From: Nitrospirota bacterium
Lineage (GTDB): Bacteria > Nitrospirota > UBA9217
DNA: 64,000 nucleotides
Reading direction: 5' to 3'
Assembly: GCA_963751455.1 (NCBI GenBank)
Contig: CAVVUN010000009.1
Span: 1 to 64,000 of the forward strand
Positions 1 through 11,202 of this stretch are shown in pieces; the first letter of the stretch is position 1, and the number at the start of each line of letters is the position of its first letter. Below the pieces are notes generated by a model. That model made no database searches. It was not told where the DNA came from and saw only the letters and a program-made list of their open reading frames with translations. The translations under genes and the position numbers were made by a program.

Positions 1-1182
1 TAGTGGGATCGGCACGCATAGCCAAATCGGCGCGCAGTTTGGCTTTGGGCTTTCGTAAACGTTTCTGGCCAGTTTCCCGTTGATGGTCGTTATCCAGCAG
101 GTGGCAGCCGAAATCGGCAGCGTCACCGGGCGCGGGATCGCACGCAATCTTAGGCGGCATTATTCGCCCTGGCTGCTGAGAGGCGTGGTGACGTTGCTGC
201 TCGTCGCAAACATCATCAACCTCGGGGCCGATCTTGGCGCGATGGGGGCTGCACTCGATTTGCTGATTGGCGGGCCGGGGCAGCTATACACGTTGCTGTT
301 CGGCGTCGTTTGCATCGTGCTTGAAGTCTGGCTCAGCTATCCGCGCTATGCTGCGATCCTAAAATGGACGACGCTTTCGCTGTTCTCTTATGTCGCCGTT
401 GTATTTGTGGCCGATGTGCCTTGGCGTGCTGCGCTGAAGTCCTTATTCGTTCCGAGCATCGAGCTGACCGGAGCGTACGCGATGGCGATGGTGGCGATCC
501 TCGGCACGACCATTAGCCCGTATCTGTTTTTCTGGCAAGCAGGGCAGGAAGTCGAGGAGGAACACCGCCATCATACCAAGCCGCTGTGCGTATCGCCGAA
601 GCAGGCGGGCCCGGAGCTTGCTCGGATCCGCATCGATACGATTATTGAAGTGGTTTTCAGTTCACTGGTGTCGCTGGCGATAGTTTTTGCAACCGCGGCG
701 ACACTGCACGCGCACGGAATTACTGACATCGCAACCTCGGCGCAGGCCGCGGAGGCGTTGCGACCCATCGCGGGTGAGTTCGCGTTTGCGCTGTTCGCTG
801 CGGGGATCATCGGTACCGGTCTGCTGGCAGTACCGGTGCTGGCAGGATCTGCGGCTTACGCAGTTAGCGAGATGTTCGGCTGTGCTGGCAGCCTCGACGC
901 CCGACCCAACGATGCGCGGGCCTTCTATGCGACCATAGCGGTTGCTACGTTACTCGGCGCGGCTCTTAGCGTCATTCGAGTTGATCCGGTGCGCGCGCTC
1001 TACTGGGCAGCGGTGGTAAACGGGGTGCTGGCGGCGCGCCGCTTATGGCCGTAATGATTTTGATCGTTCGCAATCCGAGGGTCATGGGGCGACTAACTAT
1101 GTCACGGTCGATGGCGATTTGGGGCTGGGCGGCAACTGCCGTAATGACCGCGGCATCTCTTGCGTTTTTCATTCTGCCATAG
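1..1182 (+). pseudogene. NRAMP/MntH-like divalent metal transporter, 5'-truncated by the window, disrupted
   Basis: Motifs SGIGTHSQIGAQFG, NIINLGADLGAMG, GTTISPYLFFWQ and GIIGTGLLAVPVLAG. In-frame TAA at 56-58 where Trp is typical. Frameshift near 1040; the C-terminal TM segment ends at TAG 1180-1182. Confidence 0.8.
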
Positions 1183-1300
1183 GGTGAGGGCTGTCACTAT
1201 GACTAAGGAAAGCGATGACGGTGATCTGAAAATTTCCACGACACTCGATACGCGATTCGGCGGGAGAGGCTGAACAACACTAACGACATCAGAACAACAA

Positions 1301-1492
1301 GCGCCTGCCCCCACGCGCGAAGAGGTCGAATGGTCGCGCAAGATCATCGCCGCGTTCCGGCAGCCGGAGAACACCAAGAAGGGCGTTATTGTCATCGAAG
1401 GCCGGATGGTCGAACCGCTGCATCTCGGCATGGCCGAGCGCACCGTCTCGATCGCCGAGCAAATCCGCCAGATGGAGACGGCTTGCGTCTGA
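1301..1492 (+). pseudogene. 3' fragment of CitE/HpcH-type CoA-ester lyase
   Basis: Translates as [41 protein letters not shown], typical of CitE-family C-termini. No start or N-terminal part upstream. Confidence 0.65.
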
Positions 1493-1563
1493 TCCCCCTA
1501 AGCGCGGTGCTTGCGTTAGGCCAACGCGCAAGCCATAACGCCCGCTTCGCGAAGGGGCGAGGC

Positions 1564-2603
1564 ATGGCTCAGAAAAAGACCCGCGTGTTCTCCGGCGTGC
1601 AGCCGACCGGCAATCTGCATCTCGGCAATTATCTCGGCGCCATCACCAAATTCGTGGCGCTGCAGGACGAGCACGACTGCCTCTATTGCGTGGTCGATCT
1701 GCACGCCATCACCGTGTTCCAGGACCCCGACGAGCTGACCCGGAACACGCGCGAGGTGACCGCGGCCTTCATCGCCTCCGGCATCGATCCGAAGCGGCAC
1801 ATCGTGTTCAACCAGAGCCAGGTCTCCGGCCACGCCGAGCTTGCCTGGATCTTCAATTGCGTGGCGCGGATGGGCTGGCTGAACCGCATGACGCAGTTCA
1901 AGGACAAGGCGGGCAAGGACCGCGAGAACGCCTCGGCCGGGCTTTACGCCTATCCGAAGCTGATGGCCGCCGACATCCTGCTCTACCACGCGACGCATGT
2001 GCCGGTCGGCGAGGACCAGAAGCAGCATCTCGAGCTCGCCCGCGACATCGCGCAGAAATTCAACAACGACTTCGCCAAGACGATCGCGCGCGCGGGCTAT
2101 GCCGACGGCTTCTTCCCGCTGCCCGAGCCGCTGATCACCGGCCCGGCCACGCGCGTGATGACCTTGCGCGACGGCACGAAGAAGATGTCGAAGTCCGACG
2201 AGATCCGACATGACCCGCATCAACCTGACCGACGACGCCGACACCATCGCCAAGAAGATCCGCAAGGCCAAGACCGATCCCGAGCCGCTGCCGTCCGAGG
2301 TCGAAGGGCTGGAGGCGCGGCCCGAGGCCGACAATCTGGTCGGCATCTATGCCGGGCTTGCCGAGACCAGCCAAGGAGCAGGTGCTGCGCGAGTTCGGCG
2401 GCGCGCCGTTTTCGAAGTTCAAGGAGGCGCTGGCCGAGCTGGCCATCGACAAGCTGACGCCGATCGGCGCCGAGATGGCGCGCCTGATGGCGGACCCGGT
2501 CGAGATCGACCGCATCCTCGCCGATGGCGCCGGCCGCGCGCACGCCATCGCCGATCCGATCCTCGCCAAGACCAAGGACATCGTCGGCTTCATCCGCAGC
2601 TAG
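1564..2603 (+). CDS. trpS: Tryptophanyl-tRNA synthetase (frameshifts near 2205 and 2370)
   Basis: [17 protein letters not shown] (HIGH-like), [13 protein letters not shown] and KMSKS. The C-terminus continues in ORFs 2210+ and 2349+. Confidence 0.95.
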
Positions 2604-2621
2604 GCGAGAGCGCGGGAAGCG

Positions 2622-3290
2622 TCAGGCCCCGCTCTGAACTCCGGTGCCGATCGGGCAGGACACGCCGGTGCCGCCGAGGCCCGCAATAGCCGTGCGGGTT
2701 CTTGGCGAGATATTGCTGGTGGTAGTCCTCGGCGAAATAGAATTCGGGCGCCGGCAGGATCTCGGTGGTGATGGCGCCAAAGCCGCGCGCCTTGAGCGCG
2801 CTGCTCGTAGGCCTGCCTTCGAGGCCTCGGCCGCGCGCCGCTGCTCTTCGTCGAATAGTAATAGATGCCCGAGCGGTATTGCGTGCCGACGTCGTTCCCT
2901 TGGCGCATGCCTTGGGTCGGGTCGTGGCTCTCCCAGAACGTCTTGAGCAGGTCGCTCGTAGCTGACGCGCGCGGGTCGAACACGACGAGCACCGCCTCGT
3001 TGTGGCCGGTCATGCCGGAGCAGACCTCCTCGTAGGTCGGGTTCGGCGTGAGCCCGCCGGCATAGCCCACCGCCGTCACAATGACGCCCGGGATCTGCCA
3101 GAACTTCCGCTCGGCGCCCCAGAAGCAGCCCAGCCCGAACAGCGCCGTTTGCGCGCCTTGCGGGTAAGGGCCCTTGAGGGAAGCCCCGCTCACGAAATGA
3201 TGTCTCGGCCGTCGGGATGGGTTGCGGCCGGCCGGGCAGCGCCTCGCCGGGCGCGGGTATCGACAGGGGTTTGCGCTTCAGGGTGAACAT
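2622..3290 (-). CDS. msrA: Peptide methionine sulfoxide reductase A (frameshifted)
   Basis: GCFWGAE motif, [35 protein letters not shown] and C-terminal [10 protein letters not shown], split across frames. Confidence 0.93.
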   Translation of the reverse strand: MFTLKRKPLSIPAPGEALPGRPQPIPTAETSFRERGFPQGPLPARRANGAVRAGLLLGRRAEVLADPGRHCDGGGLCRRAHAEPDLRGGLLRHDRPQRGGARRVRPARVSYERPAQDVLGEPRPDPRHAPRERRRHAIPLGHLLLFDEEQRRAAEASKAGLRAARSRRAALAPSPPRSCRRPNSISPRTTTSNISPRTRTAIAGLGGTGVSCPIGTGVQSGA

Positions 3291-3341
3291 GAGGACCTCC
3301 GTTGCAGGCGCCAATTCCCCCGAATCGGCTCGAACTCGAGA

Positions 3342-3665
3342 TTAGTTGATGAAGACCTCGACAGGTTTGCGCTTCTGCCCAAGCCAATAGAGCAGCACGC
3401 CGAGAATGCCGAACACGACCCAGGTCGGTGCATGCAGGATGGTGGTGATCACCGGGTCCCACAGGAACGCGCCGACATTGGCCTCGACCGCCGCCTTCGC
3501 GGCCGCCAGGCTCTCAGGGCTGAGCGCCGCCCATTGGTCGCCCATGGGCGTGACCACCCAGGCGCCGCCGCCCGCCAGGCTTTTGGTGGCGTCGATAACG
3601 GCGGCGACCATGGCAAGCAACAGGAGCCAGACGCCAAAAACGCGTAAGAGTGTGAGCATGGCCAT
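3342..3665 (-). CDS. Small two-TM membrane protein (Hyphomicrobiales-type hypothetical)
   Basis: Two hydrophobic segments, LWDPV...P.W motif, GC-rich codon use. Confidence 0.7.
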   Translation of the reverse strand: MAMLTLLRVFGVWLLLLAMVAAVIDATKSLAGGGAWVVTPMGDQWAALSPESLAAAKAAVEANVGAFLWDPVITTILHAPTWVVFGILGVLLYWLGQKRKPVEVFIN

Positions 3666-3849
3666 GCGTGGCTGATGAGCGCTCCCGCTTACATAAGCCA
3701 TTGCCGCCTCGTGTTCAAATCAGCGTTGCTTCAATGCCAAATTCCATGCTATGGACACGCTCCCGACCTTCCCAGCCCTGCCGGCCGGGATCGGAACTTC
3801 GAGGCGTATTGAACCGGGAGGTCGCTTCGCTATAGTGCGGCCCCTTGCA

Positions 3850-3939
3850 GGAGGGGTGGCCGAGTGGTCGAAGGCGCACGCCTGGAAAGTGTGTAGGCGG
3901 GCAACCGTCTCAAGGGTTCGAATCCCTTCCCCTCCGCCA
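3850..3939 (+). tRNA. tRNA-Ser (anticodon GGA)
   Basis: GGAGGGG acceptor stem pairs with CCCCTCC-GCCA. D-loop AGTGGTCGAAG, anticodon loop CT-GGA-AA, long variable arm, T-loop GTTCGAATC; 90 nt. Confidence 0.97.
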
Positions 3940-3981
3940 GATAGCTATATGCACCAAGGGGTTAATGGCTATGTATATTTC

Positions 3982-4001
3982 TACCAACAAAGCTACCAAC
4001 A
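3982..4001 (+). repeat. TACCAACA direct repeat (12-bp period), possible integrase arm-binding sites
   Basis: TACCAACAaagcTACCAACA about 40 bp after the tRNA 3' end. Confidence 0.45.
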
Positions 4002-4227
4002 GCACTAGGTAGGAAAGTCAGGCCTTCGAGCCTGAGATTGGGAGCAGCAGGGTAGAAGTTGCTTTCGAGGTGGCCGCTGGGCGCTTGCCAGGGGCCCCGG
4101 TCCACTCAAGGCCCTCCATCATGGCGGCCTCGCCTGCCATTTCGTTAGGCGAACCACGTCCGATAGCGACCGCGAAGCCAATCCTCGTAGTCGGCGACCG
4201 TGCGAAGCCCTGTTCGATTTCGGTGTC

Positions 4228-4470
4228 TTAATTGCAATTCGTGGTGACCGTATTGCCCATGCCGGTAGAGGTGCAATGAATGGGTTGCTGCATGGGCTGC
4301 ATGGGAGGCGGGATATAGGCGGGCGGCGGCTTCATCATTTGCTGCCCTGTCTGCATCAACGCCTGACTAACGGCCTGCCTACGCGCAGCGTTTTGACCAG
4401 GTCATCCCGAACCGTGGGTCTGCCCACCCCGACAGTCTTGGCGATCTGCCGCTGTCGACATGCCTTCGTC
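4228..4470 (-). pseudogene. Fused gene debris: HTH fragment plus Pro/Cys-rich peptide end
   Basis: The reverse strand reads EGMS/RQIAKTVGVGRPTVRDDL (HTH-like), then in another frame ARRQAVSQALMQTGQQMMKPPP...CTSTGMGNTVTTNCN*. Confidence 0.45.
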
Positions 4471-4913
4471 GGCCCAGGCGGTGCGATCCTTAATTAACGG
4501 AGCAACAGTGGTTGCCGCCAGCAGGGCCCCGGCAAACTATAATGCCGCCTTCACGGGTGCAGGTACAACATGCGACGGCTCCCTTGTTAGTCTAGTCTTC
4601 TCGTAGACGGTCGCAAGTTTTGAGTGCGTTCTGCGGTACGTACCATCGTCGGAGAATGTGTCCGCAGAAGTTAAGGGCTCACTAGTCGACCTAGGCTGCT
4701 GCAACTTCTTCAAACGCGCGGGCAGTCACGGGGCCCCGGAATGAGAGCCGTTACATAAGCTGGCCCCCGACCAAGGGCTCGCTCACGCAACCCCAACCAC
4801 TACCGCGGGAGTATTAGGCGTCAATCAGCGGAAGACCGGAGAACGCCGCAAATTTCTGCTCCCAGCAAACCAGGGGTGGGCACCCCTTTTGTACTGCGTA
4901 GGGAGTATGCGCC

Positions 4914-5252
4914 ATGGAAATCTTGGATTTGGTCGAGGGCAAGCCCGCAGACAATGGTCATCTGGACAAGACCGAGTTTATGAACCTTCGGAGTCTGCAA
5001 CCCAGGGGGAAGCCGGCAAACACCCAAGCAAAGTCGGCTTCCCAATATTGGCCGGCAATCGACAACCTAATTCACGGGCTGGTGGATCTTTTGCCGAAAT
5101 CCGATGGCATCTGGCCAATCGAGGATCGCGCGAAATGGCTCCGGCTGCGGCTGGCATGTTCGACCTCGGCTACAAGGCCGACCGGTGATGACGAACACAA
5201 GAAGATCAGCATTGCTGTCGTGAAAACGGAACCGGGCAACGACAACCCGTAA
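4914..5252 (+). CDS. Hypothetical protein (frameshifted), island-type
   Basis: RBS-like GGGAG upstream. IDNLIHGLVDLLPKSDGIWPIEDRAKWL continues as AAGMFDLGYK in another frame. Confidence 0.5.
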   Translation: MEILDLVEGKPADNGHLDKTEFMNLRSLQPRGKPANTQAKSASQYWPAIDNLIHGLVDLLPKSDGIWPIEDRAKWLRLRLACSTSATRPTGDDEHKKISIAVVKTEPGNDNP

Positions 5253-5279
5253 CGTTTTTTCTGCAGCACCGGTAAAGCG

Positions 5280-6332
5280 GGTGAAGGAGTTCAAGCCGGT
5301 CGGGGCGGCAGGAGGTGTGATGTCGGACGCCGCGATCAGCGTGGTTACCTCAGCCGCATCGCTGGCATCCGAAAGATTCTTTGAGCTGTCGAATGCCTTT
5401 ACGGTAAACGTGTAGGCAGTAGAGGCGGAAAGCTTGGGAACGACACACACTGTTGAGGTAACTGTGGCCGCCTCTACACCATTCTGGTAAACTTTATATC
5501 CCATCACGTCGGTGCTTGACGACATGGACCACGAAAGAAGCACCTGTGTGGAACTTACCGCAATACCCGTAAGCCCTGTCGGCTTTTCCGGGGCAATGGT
5601 GTCGGCCACGAGAGATATTGCATTGCTGTCAATTACGGCGGAGGTGGACCCTCCGTTCTGGAGAACAGCAGTTTCCAGTGCCGAATCGGGGACCACGGTG
5701 ACGCTTATGGCCGCGCCGCTGCTGTTGATGGTCGTGTCATGTATGACTTTGTCGAAGCCCTGGGGATCGGAAGAAGAGGCCGTAAAAGGTGTATTGATAA
5801 GATCGAAGGCGGCCGGATTGGAAACGCCGGCTGCTTTAAGCAGGTCCTGGACGACTTCCTGGACAACTGCCTTGATTATGTTCACTTCTGTTTCACTCGG
5901 GACCGGCACAGAAGTCGAGCTGCCGTAATTGCTGAAGGCGCTGTCGATATCGAGACCCTGTACTTTGAACCAGGTTCGCATGATAGGATCTGTAAGAGGA
6001 TGAATGTTTGCCGTGCCGCTGATCGCTGCGTAACTATACATGTTTCCGCCGCCCGGCTTGGGCACCTGTAATACCCAGGGGGCTGTACCGGTCATTGTAA
6101 TAGAATATGTTCCGGTTGCGCCGGTAGTTACGGTTGTAACGATGCCTTTGGAATCCCGAAGCGTGATCTGCGCCCCGCTGACAGGAGCGCCGGTTGCAAC
6201 CGTTCCCGAAAGTGTAACTTGTCCAGATGCCTGTTGTTGCTGCACTGAATCACTCTTTTTGCTGCTGCATCCAAAATTAAGCAATAACAGTGATGCAATT
6301 ACTAAAGATGAAACAATATGCAGCCTTTTCAT
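5280..6332 (-). CDS. Lipoprotein with carboxypeptidase-regulatory-like and fibronectin type III domains, 3'-truncated
   Basis: RBS GGGAGGGG and lipobox LNFG-C. One FN3 repeat (DTIAPEKPTGL..LSW..GYKVY..YTFTVKAFD..N.S). A second repeat (DITPPAAPTGL) is cut at the sequence junction. Confidence 0.8.
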
Positions 6333-6464
6333 AACGACCCCTCCCAATCTCTGAATGTATTTGCAACCTTGGTCGTAATTTTGCATGAAAGTGCGAATAT
6401 TGTCAATAAATATATTAACTAAATGTGGTTGGAATTGATGCAGCGCGCAAAGCCTAAGAAGGTT

Positions 6465-6600
6465 CTAGCAGGCTGTTGAAAAACGGTTGTGCGTCATCCT
6501 GAACGCAGTGATGGATTTCAATTCTTTGGAAGGGCGAGATTCTTCGCTGCGCTCTGAATGACATTTCCCGGTTTTCGGAAATTGTTCAACAGCCTGCTAG
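6465..6600. mobile_element. MITE-like element with 16-bp perfect terminal inverted repeats enclosing a GTCAT...ATGAC palindromic REP-like unit
   Basis: CTAGCAGGCTGTTGAA ... TTCAACAGCCTGCTAG; inner GTCATCCTGAACGCAGTGATGGAT ... ATTCTTCGCTGCGCTCTGAATGAC. Confidence 0.75.
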
Positions 6601-6653
6601 GATCTCAAGCCTGTTATTTTTTTTCTGTGGACTTGAATAAGCTCTTTTCCCTC

Positions 6654-6682
6654 TTGACAACGTACGGCTAAAGGCATATAAA
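6654..6682 (+). promoter_or_regulatory. sigma70 promoter upstream of sulP
   Basis: TTGACA-17 bp-TATAAA. Confidence 0.7.
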
Positions 6683-6925
6683 TGTCGTCGTAAATTTATT
6701 TGATCACGCTGCTGGGAAACGAGTAAACGGCTTTCCTTAATTGCGTTCCCGAGTTTGACAGTACGTTATCGTTGCCGCAAACATCACCGCTGATAGCAAC
6801 TTCCACGAACGTCGCCATAACAGGACCCCGCATTCGGATCGACCATCGCTTTTTCCATGTAAACTTAGCTCATCTCGTCCAGCACGCGATTATCTCTATT
6901 TTTTCTTTCTGAGAGGACGACGAAG

Positions 6926-8611
6926 ATGCCTGAATCAAAACTCGAACCGAAACTGCTGACCGTTATCCGGGAAGGGTACACCGGCGGGATCTTCTTCAAG
7001 GACCTGACCGCCGGGATCATCGTCGGCATCGTGGCCCTGCCGCTCGCGATCGCCTTTGCCATCGCATCCGGCGTCAAGCCGGAGCAGGGGCTTTATACCG
7101 CCATCGTCGCCGGGTTCCTCATCTCGGTCCTGAGCGGCAGCCGCGTCCAGGTCGGCGGCCCGACCGGCGCTTTCATCGTCATCATCTACGGCATCGTCCA
7201 GAAATACGGCTACGACGGCCTGGTGATCGCCACGATCATGTCCGGCATCCTGCTCGTGATCATGGGCTTGGTCAAGCTGGGCAGTGTGATCAAGTACATT
7301 CCTTACCCGGTAACCGTCGGGTTCACCTCCGGCATCGCGCTCATCATCGCGATGGGACAGATCCGGGACTTCTTCGGCCTTCACATGGAAAAGGTCCCGG
7401 CGGAGTTCGTGGACAAGGTCGAGGAATACGCAAAGCATGCAGGCACCATCACTCCGGCCGCTGCCGCTGATCGGCATTCTGACCCTCCTGATCGTCGTTT
7501 TCTGGCCCCGCGTCACCAGGCGCGTGCCCGGTTCGCTCGTGGCCATCATCGCCACGACCGCCCTCGTGCCCCTGTTCAACCTGCCCGTCGAGACGATCGG
7601 GAGCAGGTTCGGAGCCGTTTCGAGCACGCCGCCCACGCTGCATCTTCCCCATATCGACTGGAGCAAACTTCCGCATATGGTCTCGCCCGCCATCTCCATC
7701 GCGCTGCTTGCCGGCATCGAATCGCTTCTTTCCGCGGTCGTCGCCGACGGTATGACCGGCCGAAGGCACCGTTCGAACATGGAACTGGTGGCCCAGGGCG
7801 TGGCAAACATCGCCTCTCCGCTCTTCGGCGGCATCCCGGCAACGGGCGCCATCGCGCGAACGGCAACGAACATCAAGAACGGAGCGCACACGCCGGTCGC
7901 GGGCATCATCCACGCCATCGTCCTGCTGCTGATCATGATGTTCTTCGGCAAATGGGCGGCGCTCATCCCGATGGCGACGCTTGCGGGCATCCTGCTCGTG
8001 GTCTGCCTACAACATGAGCGAATGGCATCTGTTCGTCAAGATGTTCAAGAGCCCGAAGAGCGACATCGCGGTGCTGATCGTGACCTTCCTGCTCACGGTG
8101 CTGCTCGATCTCACGGTCGCGATCCAGGCGGGCGTCGTGCTGGCCGCGCTCCTGTTCATGAAGCGCATGGCCGACGTGACGCAGGTGGGATACATCACGT
8201 CCATGATGGAGGACGAGGAGGACACCTCGGACCAGGACCCGAACGCCATCAAGCGCTTCACCGTGCCGCAGGGCGTCGAGGTGTTCGAGGTGAACGGCCC
8301 GTTCTTCTTCGGCGCCGCCGACCGGTTCAAGCACGTGCTCTCGCTGATCGTGCGAAAGCCGAAAGTGCTCATCCTCCGCATGCGCACCGTCCTGTCCATG
8401 GACGCAACGGCGCTCCGCGCGCTCGAGGAAGTGTACGAACAGACCCGGCGGGAAGGAGCGGTGCTGCTTGCTTGCCGGCGTCCATGCCCAGCCGCTCATC
8501 GCCATGGACCGCGCCGGCTTTCTGGACAAGGTGGGCGTGGACAACGTGTTCGAGAACGTCTGCGACGCGCTGAAAAGGTCACGCGACATGGTGGGAACTG
8601 AGCCAGCCTGA
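6926..8611 (+). CDS. SulP/SLC26 anion permease with STAS domain (frameshifted)
   Basis: [50 protein letters not shown] and STAS motif GPFFFGAA, spread over four frames. Confidence 0.92.
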
Positions 8612-8682
8612 AAAGCCAGGAATCGACCGTCCAGGAAGTTGCGTGGGAGGTTTCAAGTAAGAAGCGGCTCAGTATAAGTCCG

Positions 8683-8739
8683 AAGTAAGAAGAACAGAAG
8701 TGAGAAATCAGAATTAAGAAGTCAGAAATAAGAGTAACG
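8683..8739 (+). repeat. Degenerate heptamer tandem repeat
   Basis: AAGTAAG/AAGTGAG/AAATCAG/AATTAAG/AAGTCAG/AAATAAG. Confidence 0.7.
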
Positions 8740-8867
8740 AGCAGGCAGTTCGCGTCCTTCCTCCCAGTGAGGAAAGCGAACGATTGTCCCTCGTCCTTCG
8801 CGGTTATGATTTTCACTTGACTCGCATAAGGCCATTGTAGTAAATTCATCCATCGTTCTTCGTAGCT

Positions 8868-8885
8868 GTTGCAACAATCTGCAAC
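8868..8885. promoter_or_regulatory. Palindromic putative operator upstream of the Ehr operon
   Basis: GTTGCA-N6-TGCAAC about 150 bp before the hyfB start. Confidence 0.3.
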
Positions 8886-9034
8886 GAGTACCGATATTTG
8901 AAAATGGGCGTTGTAAGCATGGACTCGTTCGCGTAACAATTATTTTCTTTCTGTGCAATCACTTCCCGGCTTCAGTTCAAGAACCCCAACTCTCAGATAT
9001 CTCTTCCCGATCCTGTTCCGGAGGAGGGAAGAGC

Positions 9035-11088
9035 ATGATCGATCTCTCCGCTGCACATCGTATTGCCTTTCTTTCCTGTTCCTTTTCTTTCTTCTTCTGA
9101 CGATCCCGTTCCTCCGTCTTAACCAGCGCCTCCTGATCAACGCCGGTTTTTCCCTCACAGCCGTTGCTTCTCTTCTCGCCGCGGTCGCGGGTATATGGGC
9201 CGTGGCATCCGGGTACAGGTACAGACGTTCGTTCTGTCCGCTGGGCCTGCCCGATCTGCCGTTTCATCTGCGCCTCGACCTCCTGTCCGGTTTTTTTCTG
9301 GTCGTCGTCGGCCTGCTCGCCTTTTTCGTCTCGATCTATTCGATCGGCTACGTCAAGGGATATCTCGGCCACCGGTCGGTGACGAGCCTGGTCGTCTTTT
9401 ATACGCTCTTTCTCGCCGGCATGCTCCTGGTGGTCCTGGCCGATGACGCCTTCTTCTTCCTGATAGCCTGGGAGATGATGGCCGCGTCGTCCTATTTCCT
9501 GGTGCTGTTCGAGGACGAGCGGATCGAGAACAGGAGGGCCGCGTTCCTGTACCTCGTCGTGGCCCATGTGGGCGCCATCGCGATCCTGCTGTCGTTCGGC
9601 GTCATGGCCGGGCTGGCAACCGGGTTCACCGGATTTCAAAGCTATACCTTCGACGCCATGCGGGAAACCGAGCTGCCCGCGGGCCTGGCCACGCTCGCCT
9701 TTCTGCTTGCCTTCTTCGGGTTTGCCGCCAAGGCCGGCGTGATTCCGCTCCATGTCTGGCTGCCCGAGGCCCATCCGGTCGCGCCTTCGAACGTGTCCGC
9801 GCTGATGAGCGGCGTCATGCTCAAGACGGCGATCTACGGCATCGTCCGCGTGGTCTTCGATCTGATCGGCGATTTCCCTGGTGGTGGGGCGCGCTGGTGC
9901 TGGTGTTCGGCCTGGTGTCCGCGGTCATGGGCGTTCTGTATGCCCTGATGCAGCACGATCTCAAGCGGCTCCTGGCCTATCATTCCGTGGAGAACATCGG
10001 CATCATCCTGATCGGCATCGGCCTTGCCATGATCTTCACGTCCTTCAACATGTCCCTCCTGGCCGCACTGGCCCTGATCGCCGGCCTGTACCATACGCTG
10101 AACCACGCCATGTTCAAGGGGCTCCTCTTCATGGGCGCCGGCGCCGTGCTCCATGCCACGCATGAACGGAACATGGAGGAGATGGGCGGGCTCATCCGCT
10201 TCATGCCCTGGACCGCGGTCCTCTTTCTCATCGGCTGCATCTCGATCTCCGCGCTGCCGCCTTTCAACGGGTTCGTCTCCGAATGGCTGACGTACCAGGC
10301 TTTCCTGCTTTCGCCCGCGCTCCCCAGTCCGCTCCTGAACCTGCTCATTCCGCTCGGCGCCGCGCTCCTGGCGCTCACGAGCGCGCTGGCCGCCGCCTGT
10401 TTCGTAAAGGCCTTCGGCGTAACGTTTCTCGGGCACCGGCGCGGACACCACCACGTGCCGGTCCACGAAGTGGGCTGGTCCATGCGCATCGGCATGCTGC
10501 TCGCGGCGCTCACCTGCCTTGGCCTCGGCGTTCTCCCCACGTTCATGATCAACTGGATGGACCCGCTTGCGCAGGAGCTGGTGGGCGGCGACGATCGCCG
10601 CGTCGGCCTCGGGCCTGGGCTGGATGTGGCTCACCCCGATTGCTGCTGAACGGGCCTCCTATTCCGCGCCCATCGCCTTTGTCGGCATCCTGGCCGTCGT
10701 GGTCGTTACCTATCTGCTGCTCCATGCCCGGCCCGGCGCGATCACGCCGGGTGCCGCTCTGGGACTGCGGGTTCGAAAAGGTGACCAACCGGATGCAGTA
10801 CACGGCCACGTCCTTTTCCATGCCGCTGCGCCGGATATTCGGGTATCCTGTTCAGCATCAAGGAGCATGTGCGACGTGATTCCGCCGGCTGCGCATCCGG
10901 CTTTTCCGGAGCGGCTGCATTATCATCTGCGGGTGCGGGACCGGTTCTGGGGTGGCTGTACCAGCCGGTCGTGGACGCCAGCTTCTGGCTTTCGCGCAGG
11001 ATCGGCAGGATGCAGCAGGGACGGATCCAGATCTACCTGATCTATTCGTTCGTCACGATCCTGGTGCTGCTGATGTTTGTCGAAATGA
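9035..11088 (+). CDS. hyfB: Hydrogenase-4 subunit B-like antiporter subunit of an Ehr complex (frameshifted)
   Basis: AWEMMAASSYFLV, KAGVIPLHVWLPEAHPVAPS, DLKRLLAYHSVENIG, LPPFNGFVSEW, WDCGF..RMQYTA. RBS GGAGG before ATG 9035. End approximate. Confidence 0.9.
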
Positions 11089-11122
11089 ATATCTTACCCG
11101 CTGGATCTGATTGCGTGTTAAC

Positions 11123-11189
11123 TTTGGTTTGTTTAGTTTTTTTCCGTCAAAGCTGAATAAACGACATAAACAAGACAAATTAAATGAAC
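11123..11189. repeat. 9-mer periodic inverted-arm repeat at the hyfB/hyfC junction
   Basis: TTTGGTTTG TTTAGTTTT ... ATAAACGAC ATAAACAAG ACAAATTAA ATGAAC. Confidence 0.6.
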
Positions 11190-11202
11190 ATAGGAGTTGT
11201 GA

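Noticed and set aside
6720-6731. 12-mer CGAGTAAACGGC repeated near 35487
   Set aside because: Exact 12-mer matches are expected by chance in 64 kb; the flanks do not align.
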